A DNA stretch of 64,000 nt. It comes from Mobula birostris. Lineage: Eukaryota. The position numbers and the translations under genes were made by a program. Positions 22,859 to 34,624 of the stretch are shown piece after piece. The notes below the pieces were generated by a model. It was not told the DNA's origin. It did no database searches and was given only the letters and a program-made list of their open reading frames with translations. Positions within the stretch are counted from its first letter, which is position 1. Every line of letters begins with the position of its first letter. Location of the stretch: positions 3,081,665-3,145,664 of the forward strand of contig NC_092384.1 in assembly GCF_030028105.1 (NCBI RefSeq), written 5' to 3'.

Positions 22859-25530
22859 CCCCCCTCCTCCACCAAATTTAGTCATGTCCAGAGTGACATT
22901 GAGGTACTTTGCCACCCCTTCATCCAAAGCACAAAGTCCAGCCCAGGTGTAAAAGGCAGTGACATAGCTCCCCACAGCAGTAGGGGGCCACACTCTGTTC
23001 CCCCAGTGCTACTTAGGCCAGCCTATCTTGTAGTCTCCTGATTCTTTGAGACCTCCTTATCCATCATCTGCTCCTCCAGGTTCAGACACTCCTTTTTTGG
23101 ATATTTCTGATCGACATGGCGAGGCCTCTCCCGGTTTATCACTTGTGCCCTCCTGCAGCTCGGACCTCTCTGCCACTTGGCTGAGCCCCGCTTCATGTTC
23201 CTCCAGGATGGACCCACACACTATGAGGTCATCCAAATACACCCATATCTCAAGCGAGTTCATATCCCCCACTGCTTTCTCCATGACACGCTGGAAGGTC
23301 GCAGGGTCTCTTGATATACCCTGGGGCATCCTTTTGAACTGGAAGAATCCCAGTGGACATATAAATGCTGTTTTCTTTTTGTCAGCCTCACTCATGGGAT
23401 CTGGTAATATCCACTGCTCAAGTCCAGCACACTGAACCACTTCGCACCACTCAGACAGGCCAGTACGTCTTCGATTCTCGGGACCGTATATTGGTCGGGG
23501 ACGGCCTTATAGTCCACACACATCCATACCTTCCCATTCTTCTTCCTGGCCACTATATTGGGGACGCATAGGGGCTTCTGGACTCAGTGATGATCCCAGT
23601 TTCCTTCAACTTACAAAAATGCTGCTGACCAGCTTTCACCTCTGCAGGGGCCAGTCTCTGAACGGGGTGTCCTCGGTCACCCGGATAGCATAGCGAGTGC
23701 TGTTGGAACAATCCACATCAAACTCGTCAGTGGAAATGACACCTTCCAGTTTCAACATCTTCTCTATCAACCTCCTCTTCCAACCCGCACAAACCAGGGA
23801 GTCCACGAAGTTGAATGACTCCGCGGTCAACGATCCCCCCTTTTGTAGATAGTTTCTCTCAGTCTTGTCTCACAGGGACACTAGACATTACCGTCACTGG
23901 GAACAGGTGCGCCAGGGGCATCCCCCGCTTGAAGGTGACCTCTCTCTTCGTAGTGTTTCTGCCAATCACTGCCATACTGTTCCCCTGTACAACCGAGGGC
24001 TTCTGCAGTTCGCGCCTCACCAGTACCACAGCAGGCATTCCCGACTCCTCTTCGTGGTCTTCCGGGGCATCCACCAAGAAGGCCTCGCCCTCGGGCATTC
24101 CGGGAAATTTGGGGATTCCCATCACTTTCGCTACTTCCCCAGGCTGTAACACGATTGGCTTTGACTGGGTGAACCACACGGTCCCTTGTCTAAACTCATT
24201 GCCCGGCCCAGTGCGGCCATGCACTTCCTCGACAGCAGCTCGAAACACCGAGTGAACGGACAATATCTTCAGAAAGCTCTCTCCTTGCAGACTCCCATTA
24301 GCCTCTTTACAATAGGATTATTTGTCCCCACAAGTATTGAAATTCTGCCCCTCTCAACAGGGTCCGGACAAACCAGCGCTAATATATTAAGGGCATTAGT
24401 CACTCCCACACTTGCCTCCGAAAACTCCAGCTTCACTGACAAATAACCATCATACGGATAATCACCCGCACTAAGACTCCAGATCTCTAGCGCACTGAGT
24501 GGCGTCAATGTTAAATGTGTAAAATACTGGTTGTAAAACAAACAATGCAGCAAAGTGACCTGTGACCATGTGTCAAGTGTGGCTCTAGCATAAATACCCT
24601 CCATCCGTAGCAATACACTGGAGCTTGGCCCCCCTAAGCCTTCAGGAATAGGGTCTTTTGCTTTAGGGTGTTCCTTGATATATTGCAGGGAATGTGTCCC
24701 CCCGACACACCAGGTTGTCCCCTCACTGGGTCTCCTTTAAGTTTTCCCAATGTCTCTCGCTCTGCTTAGGTACCCGGGACTCACTCTGCGAGGGGTTTCC
24801 CGTCGTTCCCGTTATCCCTCTTCACCACAGTTATAACAGACAAAACCGGCCGTTCCCCTTCTCGCGGGACGCTGGCTGCTAGCAGCCCTTTGCTTAGAGG
24901 GTCGACCTCTGAACCAGCTCCATCATACGGGGGTGGGGGGCACACCCGTTGATAACAATCGGGACATCTTAGTTCTAAACTTTGCCACCATCTCCTCTAC
25001 TACTCCCCGGGCCGGGCTATCCGTGGCCGGAGACCCCAAGCGATCAGGTTCTGGGTCTGGGCGCCTTCCGCTATTTGGTCCATTCCTAACTGATCCACCT
25101 CAGTTGTCTGAATGGCCCCTCCACGCCGCAAGTAATTTAGCTGCCTCTTCAGCCGACACATGTAGGCAGAAAGCTCCCCCACTCCTCCTGACACATGTTA
25201 TGAACGCCAGTCATGAGCTCCATTGGGCTTCCCGTCGCACCAAGCACTTCTCTAGCGCTTGCATGTCGGCCGCAGGAGTGGCAAGGGGGTTCTGTTCTGT
25301 CCCCTTACTGCGCTCATTATGTCAGCAGCCCGCCCTCTCAAACTTTCAGCTAATCGCTGTCGTTTTACGTCATCAGAGCACTGACACTCATCTGACTACT
25401 GAGAGGTCTCTCCCAAGTCTCATACTCCTCTTCACCTTTCGGCTGGGCTTCCTTCCTGAGAACAGGCGGAGCTGGGACTTTGAAACTGGATGTTTTCCTA
25501 TTTATTCGCCTGTTTTCTATGTTTCTATCT
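22299..25530 (-). mobile_element. Internally deleted PNMA-type Gypsy element (gag, PR, RT N-half, integrase tail, PPT, 3-prime LTR); 5-prime end lost
   Basis: Gag motif PKGEEEYETW; degenerate knuckle CYNCGEEG at ~24810-24838; PR ATLDTWSQV; RT MPQGISRDPATFQRVM, YLDD; tail IRRSQRIRRLQDRLA; PPT 22859-22873. Confidence 0.85.
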
Positions 25531-25534
25531 AAAT

Positions 25535-26259
25535 ACTGTGTGCTGCTCACTTCTACCAATGCAGGCAGGTTGGTGAGAATGAAGTCAAGTGTGCTTTCCC
25601 TCTTGTTGGTTCCCTCACCACCTGCTGCAGTCCCAGTCCAGTAGCAGTGTCCAGTAGGACCTGACTAGCTCGGTCTGTGGTGGTACGACGGAGCCAGTCT
25701 TGGTGATGGACATTGAAGTTCCCCATCCAGAGTACATCCTGTGCTCTTGCCACCCTCAAGGCCTCCTCGAAATACTGCTCACCATGGTGAAGTACTGATT
25801 GTCAGTGAGGGAGGATGGTATGTGGTGATGAGCAGGAAGTTTCCTTGCCCATGTTTAACCTGGTGTCATGAGAATTCATGGGGTCCAGAGTCGATGCTGA
25901 GCGTTGCCAGGGCAACTCCCTCTCTACTGTACTGTGCCACCACCCCTGCTGGGTGTATCCTGCCAGTGAGACAGTACAGACCCAGGAATGGTAATGGTGG
26001 AGTCCAGAATGTTAACTGTAAGGTCTGATTCTGTCAATACAACTATATCAGTCTGTTGTTTGACAAGTCTGTAAGGCAGCTCTCTCAATTTTGGCACAGT
26101 CCTCTGGTGTCAGTAAGCAGGACTTTGCAGGGTTGACGGGCTGGTTTTGCTGTTGTCATTTCCAGTGCCTTGGCCAATGCCGGGTCGTCTGTCCGGGTTC
26201 ATTCCTTATTATTTCTCTATAGCAGGTGGATGCAACAGAATGGCTTGCTAGGGTAATTT
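25535..26259 (-). mobile_element. 5-prime part of a CR1/L2-group LINE ORF2 (APE endonuclease), apparently the same family as 34625-36625
   Basis: Minus-strand APE motifs: DIVVLTES, SRGGGTV, GNFNVHHQDW, QVVREPTRG. Confidence 0.7.
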
Positions 26260-27179
26260 AGTCATAGTAGTCATAGTCTTACTTTATTAATCCCGGGGGA
26301 AATTGGTTTTCGTTACAGTTGCTCCTTAAATAATAAATAGTAATAGAACCATAAATAGTTAAATAGTAATATGTAAATTATGCCAATAAATTATGAAATA
26401 AGTCCAGGACCAGCCTATTGGCTCAGGGGGTCTGACCTTCCAAGGGAGGAGTTGTAAAGTTTGATGGCCACAGGCAGGAATGACTTCCTATGACGCTCTG
26501 TGTTGCATCTCAGTGGAATGAGCCTCTGGCTGAATGTACTCCTGCGCCCAACCAGTGCATTATGTAGTGGATGGGAGACATTGACCAAGATGGCATGCAA
26601 CTTAGACAGCATCCTCTTTTCAGACACCTCCGTGAGAGAGTCCAGTTCCATCCCCACAACATCACTGGCCTTATGAATGAGTTTGTTGATTCTGTTGGTG
26701 TCTGCCACCCTCAACCTGCTGCCCCAGCACACAACAGAAAACATCATAGCACTGCCCACCACAGACTTGTAGAACATTCTCAGCATCGTCCGGAAGATGT
26801 TAAAGGACCTCAGTCTCCTCAGGAAATAGAGACGGCTCTGACCCTTCTTGTAGACAGCCTCAGTGTTCTTTGACCAGTCCAGTTGATTGCCAATTTGTAT
26901 CCCCAGGTATTTGTAATCCTCCACCATGTCCACACTGACCCCCTGGATGGAAACAAGGGTCACTGGTACCTTAGCTCTCCTCAGGTCTACCACCAGCTCC
27001 TTAGTCTTTTTCACATTAAGCTGCAGATAATTCTGCTCACACCATGTGACAAAGTTTTCTACAGTAGCCCTGTACTCAGCCTCATCTTCCTTGCTGATGC
27101 ATCCAACTATGGCAGAGTCATCCGAAAACTTCTGAAGATGACAAGGTTCTGTGCAGTAGTTGAAGTCCGAGGTGTAAAT
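26260..27179 (-). mobile_element. Young 5-prime-truncated Rex1/Babar-like LINE (RT C-terminus)
   Basis: Uninterrupted 260-aa ORF (LQKFSDDSAIVGCI, LNVKKTKELVVD, QSRLYFLRRLRSF); short-repeat tail; 8-bp TSD GGTAATTT at 26252-26259 and 27180-27187. Confidence 0.88.
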
Positions 27180-27445
27180 GGTAATTTCGGAGGGCATTTA
27201 AGAGTCAACCCCAGTGATGTGGATCTGTAGTCACATATAGATCAGACCAGGTGAGGAGGGCAGGATTCTTCCCCTAAAGGACATTAGTGAACCAGATGGG
27301 TTTTTACAGCAGTCGACATAGTTTCATGATCCTCAGATATTTTTATTGAATTCAAATTTACCATCTGCCATGGTGGATTCGAAGTCATGTCGCCAGCGTA
27401 TAATTGGCTCTCTGGATTACTGATCCAGTGGTAATCACCACTACA
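27180..27445 (-). mobile_element. tRNA-like SINE-type head plus conserved central domain (shark SINE-like), contiguous with 25535-26259 once the Rex1 insert is removed
   Basis: A-box TGATGTAGTGG and B-box-like GACTTCGAATCC; central aaacccatctggttcactaatgtcctttagggg; the TSD reconstitutes ...gccctccgaaattacc|ctagcaagccattc. Confidence 0.65.
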
Positions 27446-27469
27446 TCAAACCATTTTAGGAATAGATCT

Positions 27470-28496
27470 GTCCAGCACCTACTTCATTTTTTCCAGAAAC
27501 TCAGGATAAATAAAGGGGATGCAGTGGATGTTGTATATTTGGACTTTCAGAAAGCCATTGACAAGGTGCCAACGAGGCTGCTTACCAAGTTAAGAACACA
27601 TGGGATTAGAACATAGAACATAGAATAGTACAGCACAGTACAGGCCCTTCGGCTCACAATGTTGTGCCGACCCTCAAACCCTGCCTCCCATATAAGCCCG
27701 CACCTTAAATTCCTCCATATACCTGTCTAGTAGTCTCTCAAACTTCACTAGTGTATCTGCCTCCACCACTGACTCAGGCAGCACATTCCACACACCAACC
27801 ACTCTCTGAGTAAAAAACCTTCCTCTAATATCCCCCTTGAACTTCCCATCCCTTACCTTAAAGCCATGTCCTCTTGTATTGAGCAGTGGTGCCCTGGGGA
27901 AGAGGCGCTGGCTATCCACTCTATCTATTCCTCTTATTATCTTGTACACCTCTATCATGTCTCCTCTCATCCTCCTTCTCTCCAAAGGGTAAAGCCCTAG
28001 CTCCATTAATCTCTGATCCTTATGCATACTTTCTAAACCAGGCAGCATCCTGGTAAATCTCCTCTGTACCCTTTCCAATGCTTCCACATCCTTCCTATAG
28101 TATTGCAGGAAAGTTACTGACATGGTTAGAGCATTGGCTGATTGATAGGAAGCAGCAAGTGTGAATAAAAGGATCTTTTTCTGTTTGGATACCACCGTGA
28201 CTAGTGGTGTTCTGCAGGGGTCAGTGTTGGGACCACTTCTTTTTGTGCTGGATATCAATGATTTAGATGATAGAATAGATGACTTTGTTGCCAAGTTTAC
28301 AGATGACACGAAGGTTGACGGAGGGACGGGTAGTGTTGAGGAAACAGGTAGGATGCAGAAGGACAGAGACAGAGTAGGTGAATGGGCAAGGAAGTGTCAA
28401 ATGAAATACCATGTTGGAAAATGCATGGTCATGGACTTTGGTAGTAGAAATAAATGTACAAGTTATTTTCCAAATGGGAGAAATTCAAAAAACTGA
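27470..28496 (+). mobile_element. CR1 RT fragment, interrupted by an opposite-strand CR1 3-prime end (~27607-28100)
   Basis: DVVYLDFQKAIDKVP...HGI and, after the insert, SGVLQGSVLGP, FTDDTK. The insert has a (catagaa)n tail. Confidence 0.85.
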
Positions 28497-29385
28497 TGTA
28501 AAACCCTGGGAAAGGTTACGCTGCTAACGTAATGGTCTTTCTGTAGAAGCAGTGTCTGGGTTATGGTAACAGATAACGGGAGCCTTCCATTGAAGGGAGA
28601 GTGTTTTTGTGTTGTGTGCCTGACACCGAAGTGAGCTGGGACTTTTGTTCGGCGGGAGATGGAGAGAGAAGACGCCGGAGAGAAGAGGTCATAGGACTCG
28701 ACCCGGAGCGGGGCCATGATTCGATGAAGTTCGGGGAGATCGAAGGAGGATTGGCGAAGGAGAAACCGTCAGATCCAACTTGTGCACATTAGACTCTTTT
28801 ATTAAAATAGGCCCTTTTCTTTTATTTTTGCTTTTTCTTTACTAACCCTTTAGTCAAATTAAGAATTATAGCTAATTAATTTAAATGTATGCAGTATACT
28901 CTCTGTTATTTCATGGTACTTATTTGTAGCAGGAGAACGAATCACGCAGCATCCACACAAACAGGAGTTTCGGAGTGGGTTCGCACCTCAATCTCACACG
29001 TTCATCGGGGCTGGAGATCGCCTTTCCGAGCCACTGGAACCAGAGTGTTTCAATTGCGGAGGCCTGTCTGGGATCAATTTCATTGGATACTGTGTGATTG
29101 CCCTGAGTATTGATCCAGTGGGTTATGTGTTTAAATCTGTGCTAAACTACAGTCCGTTAAAGTGATTACAGTATGTGGTTATGGGTGCTGATGGGGTTGA
29201 GCGTGCTGAATTGCAAGTCAAGTCTCCCGTAGATAGTGGGTGGGGAGAGACTTCAAAGACCGGGTGCTCTCGTTTCTGCGGAGTGAAGGGGCAGAAGTGG
29301 TCATAGTTGGAATGTCTAATTAGAGTACCCCAGCGAGGAGTCAGAGTTCTGAGTTCGTAGCGGCCCTTACCTGGATAACGTAGTG
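28497..29385 (+). mobile_element. 5-prime LTR (family B, 28497-29052), degenerate tRNA-Pro PBS (~29055-29074) and leader of a truncated Gypsy
   Basis: tgtaaaaccctgggaaagg...ggaaccagagtgtttca mirrors 22299-22858; the following cggaggcctgtctgggat resembles the Pro PBS, and the leader resembles 13100-13236 in reverse. Confidence 0.75.
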
Positions 29386-30990
29386 ATGACTTACGGCGAA
29401 CTGAAAAGCTTGAGCATGTAGACATTAAGAAAGAGGATGTGCTGGAGCTTTTGGAAAGCATCAAGTTGGATAAGTCACTGGGACCGGACAAGATGCACCC
29501 CAGGCTACTGTGTGAAGTGAGGGGGGAGATTGTTGAGCCTCTGGCAATGATCTTTGCATCATCAGTGGGGACGAGAGAGGTTCCAGAGGATTAGAGGGTT
29601 GCAGATGTTGTTTCCTTATTCAAGAAAAGGAGTCGAGATAGCCCAGGAAATTATAGACCAGTGAGTCTTATTTCAGTGGTTGGTAAGATGATAGAGAAGA
29701 TCATGAGAGGCAGCATTTATGAACATTTAGGGAGGCATATTATGATTAGGAATAGTCAGCATGGCTTTGTTAAAGGCAGTTCGTGCCTTACGAGCCTGAT
29801 TGAATTTTTTGAGGTTGTGACTAAACACATTGATGAAGATAGATCAGTAGATGTAGTGTACATGAATTTCAGCAAGGCATTTGATAAGGAACCCCATGCA
29901 AGGCTTATTGAGAAAGTAAGGAGGCATGGGATCCAGGACTGGCTTGCCCACAGAAGGCAAAGAGTGGTATTAAACGGGTCCTATTCTGCATGGAGGTCGG
30001 TGACCAGTGGTGTGTTTCAGAGATCTGTTCTGGGACTCCCTACTCTTCGTTATTTTTATAAATGACCTGGATGAGGAAGTAAAGGGATGGGTTAGTAAAT
30101 TTACTGGGGACACGAAGGTTGGGGGTGTTGTGGATAGTGTGGAGGGCTGTCAGAGGTTACAATGGGACATTGATAGGATGCAAAACTGGGCCGAGAAGTG
30201 GCAGATGAAGTTCAACCCAGATAAATGTGAAGTGGTTCATTTTGGTAGGTGAAATATGATGATAGAATATAGCAGTAGTGGTAAGACTCTTGGCAGTGTG
30301 GAGGATCAGAGGGATCTTGGGGTCTGAGTCCATAGGACACCCAAAGTTGTGCAGTTTGACTCTGTGGTGAAGAAGGCATACTGTGCATTGGCCTTCGTTA
30401 ATCATGATACTGAGTTTAGGAGCCAAGAGGTAATGTTGCAGCTGTATAGAACCCCGGTCAGACCCCACTTGGAGTACTGTGGTCAGTTCTGGTCGCCTCA
30501 CTACAGAAAGGATGTGGAAACTATAGGAAGGGTACAGAGGAGAGTTACAAGGAGGTTGCCTGGTCTGGGGAGCATTCCTTATGAGAATAGGTTGTGTGAA
30601 CATGGCCTTTCTCCTTGGAGCGACAGAGGATGAAAGGTGACCTGATAGAGGTGTATAAGATAATGAGAGGCATTGATCGCGTGGATAATCAGAGGCTTTT
30701 TCCCAGGGCTGAAATGGCTGACACGGGAGGGCACAGTTTTAATGTGCTTGGAAGTAGGTACAGAGGAGATGTCAGGGGTAAGTTTTTTTACACAGGGAGT
30801 GGTGAGTGCGTGGAATGGGCTGCCAACAACACTGGTGGAGGCAGATACGATAGGGTCTTTTAAGAGACTCCTGGATATGTACATGGAGGTTGGAAAAATA
30901 GAGGGCTATGGGTACTCCTCAGTATTTTCTAAGGTAAGGACATGTTCAGCACAACTTTGTGGGCCGAAGGGCCAATAGAGTGCTGCAGGG
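29385..30990 (+). mobile_element. CR1 ORF2 (RT) to 3-prime UTR, decayed
   Basis: ORFs 29661-30065, 30007-30252, 30349-30633 and 30615-30863 give successive CR1 RT segments. Confidence 0.9.
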
Positions 30991-30999
30991 TTTCTATGT

Positions 31000-33900
31000 T
31001 AATGACTTGGATTATATATTAATGACTTGGATGAGGGAATTAAATGCATCATCTCCAAGTTTACGGATGACACGAAGCTGGACGGCAGTGTTAGCTGTGA
31101 AGAGGATGCTAAGAGGATGCAGGGTGACTTGGATAGGTTGGGTGAGTGGGCAAATTCATGGCAGATGCAATTTAATGTGGATAAATGTGAAGTTATCCAC
31201 TTTGGTGGCAAAAATAGGAAAACAGATTATTATCTGAATGGTGGCCGATTAGGAAAAGGGGAGCTGCAACAAGACCTGGGTGTCATTATACACCAGTCAT
31301 TGAAATTGGGCATGCAGGTACAGCGGGCGGTGAAAAAGGCGAATGGTATGCTGGCACTTATAGCGAAAGGATTCGAGTACAGGAGCAGGGAGGTACTACT
31401 GCAGTTGTACAAGGCCTTGGTGAGACCACACCTGGAGTATTGTATGCAGTTTTGGTCCCCTAATCTGAGGAAAGACATCCTTGCCATAGAGGGAGTACAA
31501 AGAAGGTTCACCAGAAAGATTCCTGGGATGGCAGGACTTTCATATGAAGAAACATAGAAACATAGAAAATAGGTGCAGGAGTAGGCCATTCGGCCCCTCG
31601 AGCCTGCACCGCCATTTATTATGATCATGGCTGATCATCCAACTCAGAACCCCGCCCCAGCCTTCCCTCCATACCCCCTGACCCCCGTAGCCACAAGGGC
31701 CATATCTAACTCCCTCTTAAATATAGCCAATGAACTGGCCTCAACTGTTTCCTGTGGCAGAGAATTCCACAGATTCACCACTCTCTGTGTGAAGAAGTTT
31801 TTCCTAATCTCTGTCCTAAAAGGCTTCCCCTCTATCCTCAAACTGTGGCCCCTCGTTCTGGACTTCCCCAACATCGGGAACAATCTTCCTGCATCTAGCC
31901 TGTCCAATCCTTTTAGGATCTTATACGTTTCAATCAGATCCCCCCCTCAATCTTCTAAATTCCAATGAGTACAAGCCCAGTTCATCCAGTCTTTCTTCAT
32001 ATGAAAGTCCTGCCATCCCAGGAACCAATCTGGTGAACCTTCTTTGTACTCCCTCTATGGCAAGGATGTCTTTCCTCAGATTAGGGGACCAAAACTGCAC
32101 ACAATACTCCAGGTGTGGTCTCACCAAGGCCTTGTACAACTGCAGTAGTACCTCCCTGCTCCTGTACTCAAATCCTCTCGCTATAAATGCCAGCATACCA
32201 TTCGCCTTTTTCACCGCCTGCTGTACCTGCATGCCCACTTTCAATGACTGGTGTACAATGACACCCAGGTCACGTTGCACCTCCCCTTTTCCTAATCGGC
32301 CACCATTCAGATAATAATCTGTTTTCCTATTTTTGCCACCAAAGTGGATAACTTCACATTTATCCACATTAAATTGCATCTGCCATGAATTTGCCCACTC
32401 ACCCAACCTATCCAAGTCACCCTGCATCCTCTTAGCATCCTCCTCACAGCTAACACTGCCACCCAGCTTCGTGTCATCCACAAACTTGGAGATGCTGCAT
32501 TTAATTCCCTCATCCAAGTCATTAATATATATTGTAAACAACTGGGGTCCCAGCACTGAGCCTTGCGGTACCCCACTAGTCACCGCCTGCCATTCTGAAA
32601 AGGTCCCGTTTATTCCCACTCTTTGCTTCCTGTCTGCTAACCAATTCTCCACCCACACCAATACCTTACCCCCAATACCGTGTGCTTTACGTTTGCACAC
32701 TAATCTCCTGTGTGGGACCTTGTCAAAAGCCTTCTGAAAATCCAAATATACCACATCCACTGGTTCTCCCCTATCCACTCTACTAGTTACATCCTGAAAA
32801 AATTCTATGAGATTCGTCAGACATGATTTTCCTTTCACAAATCCATGCTGACTTTGTCCAATCATTTCACCGCTTTCCAAATGTGCTGTTATCACATCCT
32901 TGATAACTGACTCCAGCAGTTTCCCCACCACCGACGTTAGGCTAACCGGTCTATAATTCCCTGGTTTCTCTCTCCCTCCTTTTTTAAAAAGTGGAGTTAC
33001 ATTAGCCACCCTCCAATCCTCAGGAACTAGTCCAGAATCTAACGAGTTTTGAAAAATTATCACTAATGCATCCACTATTTCTTGGGCTACTTCCTTAAGC
33101 ACTCTAGGATGCAGACCATCTGGCCCTAGGGATTTATTTGCCTTCAATCCCTTCAATTTACCTAACACCACTTCGCTACTAACATGTATTTCGCTCAGTT
33201 CCTCCATCTCACTGGACCCTCTGTCCCCTACTATTTCTGGAAGATTATTTATGTCCTCCTTAGTGAAGACCGAACCAAAGTAATTATTCAATTGGTCTGC
33301 CATGTCCTTGCTCCCCATAATCAATTCACCTGTTTCTGTCTGCAGGGGACCTACATTTGTCTTTACCAGTCTTTTCCTTTTTACATATCTATAAAAGCTT
33401 TTACAGTCCGTTTTTATGTTGCCTGCCAGTTTTCTCTCATAATCTTTTTTTCCCCTTCCTAATTAAGCCCTTTGTCCTCCTCTGCTGAACTCTGAATTTC
33501 TCCCAGTCCTCAGGTGAGCCACTTTCTCTGGCTAATTTGTATGCTTCTTCTTTGGAATTGATACTATCCCTAATTTCTCTTGACAGCCACGGGTGCACTA
33601 CCTTCCTTGATTTATTCTTTTGCCAAACTGGGATGAACATTTGTTGCAGTTCATCCATGCAACCTTTAAATGCTTGCCATTGCATATCCACCGTCAATCC
33701 TTTAAGTGTCATTTGCCAGTCTATCTTAGCTAATTCACGTCTCATACCTTCAAAGTTACCCCTCTTTAAGTTCGGAACCTTTGTTTCTGAATTAACTCTG
33801 TCACTCTCCATCTTAATGAAGAATTCCACCATATTATGGTCACTCTTACCCAAGGGGCCTCTCACGACAAGATTGCTAATTAACCCTTCCTCGTTGCTCA

Positions 33901-34623
33901 AAACCCAGTCCAGAATAGCCTGCTCTCTAGTTTGTTCCTCGGCATGTTGGTTCAAAAAACCATCCTGCATACATTCCAAGAAATCCTCTTCCTCAGCACC
34001 TCTACCAATTTGGTTCACCCAATCTACATGTAGATTGAAGTCACCTATTATAACTGCTGTTCCTTTATTGCACACATTTCTAATTTCCTGTTTAATACCA
34101 TCTCCGACCTCACTACTACTGTTAGGTGGCCTGTACACAACTCCCAGCAGCGTCTTCTGCCCCTTAGTGTTACGCAGCTCTGACTGGATGAACTAGGCTT
34201 GTACTCGTTGGAATTTAGAAGATTGAAGGGGGATCTGATTGAAACGTATAAAATCCTAAAGGAATTGGACAGGCTAGATGCAGGAAGATTGTTCCCGATG
34301 TTGGGGAAGTCCAGAATGAGGGGTCACAGTTTGAGGATAAGGGGGAAGCCTTTTAGGACTGAGATTAGGAAAAACTTCTTCACACAGAGAGTGGTGAATC
34401 TGTGGAATTCTCTTCCACAGGAAACAGTTGAGGCCAGTTCATTGGCTACATTTAAGAGGGAGTTAGATATGGCCCTTGTGGCTACGGGTATCAGGGGGTA
34501 TGGAGGGAAGGCTGGTGCAGGGTTCTGAGTTGGACGATCAGCCATGATCATAATAAATGGCGGTGCAGGCTCAAAGGGCTGAATGGCCTACTCCTGCACC
34601 TATTTTCTATGTTTCTATGTTTC
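31000..34623 (+). mobile_element. CR1 3-prime fragment (pieces 31000-31551 and 34182-34623), split by an inverted copy of its own family
   Basis: ...GLSYEE ends at 31551 and (R)LDELGLYSLEFRRL resumes at 34182; tail (tttctatg)n at ~34605-34623. Confidence 0.9.
31552..34181 (-). mobile_element. Young CR1 (HER1-like) 5-prime-truncated copy 1, ~2.63 kb
   Basis: ORFs 33437-34138 (EN C-half) and 31930-33324 (RT); broken by homopolymer frameshifts; (catagaaa)n tail at 31552. Confidence 0.95.
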
Positions 34624-34624
34624 T

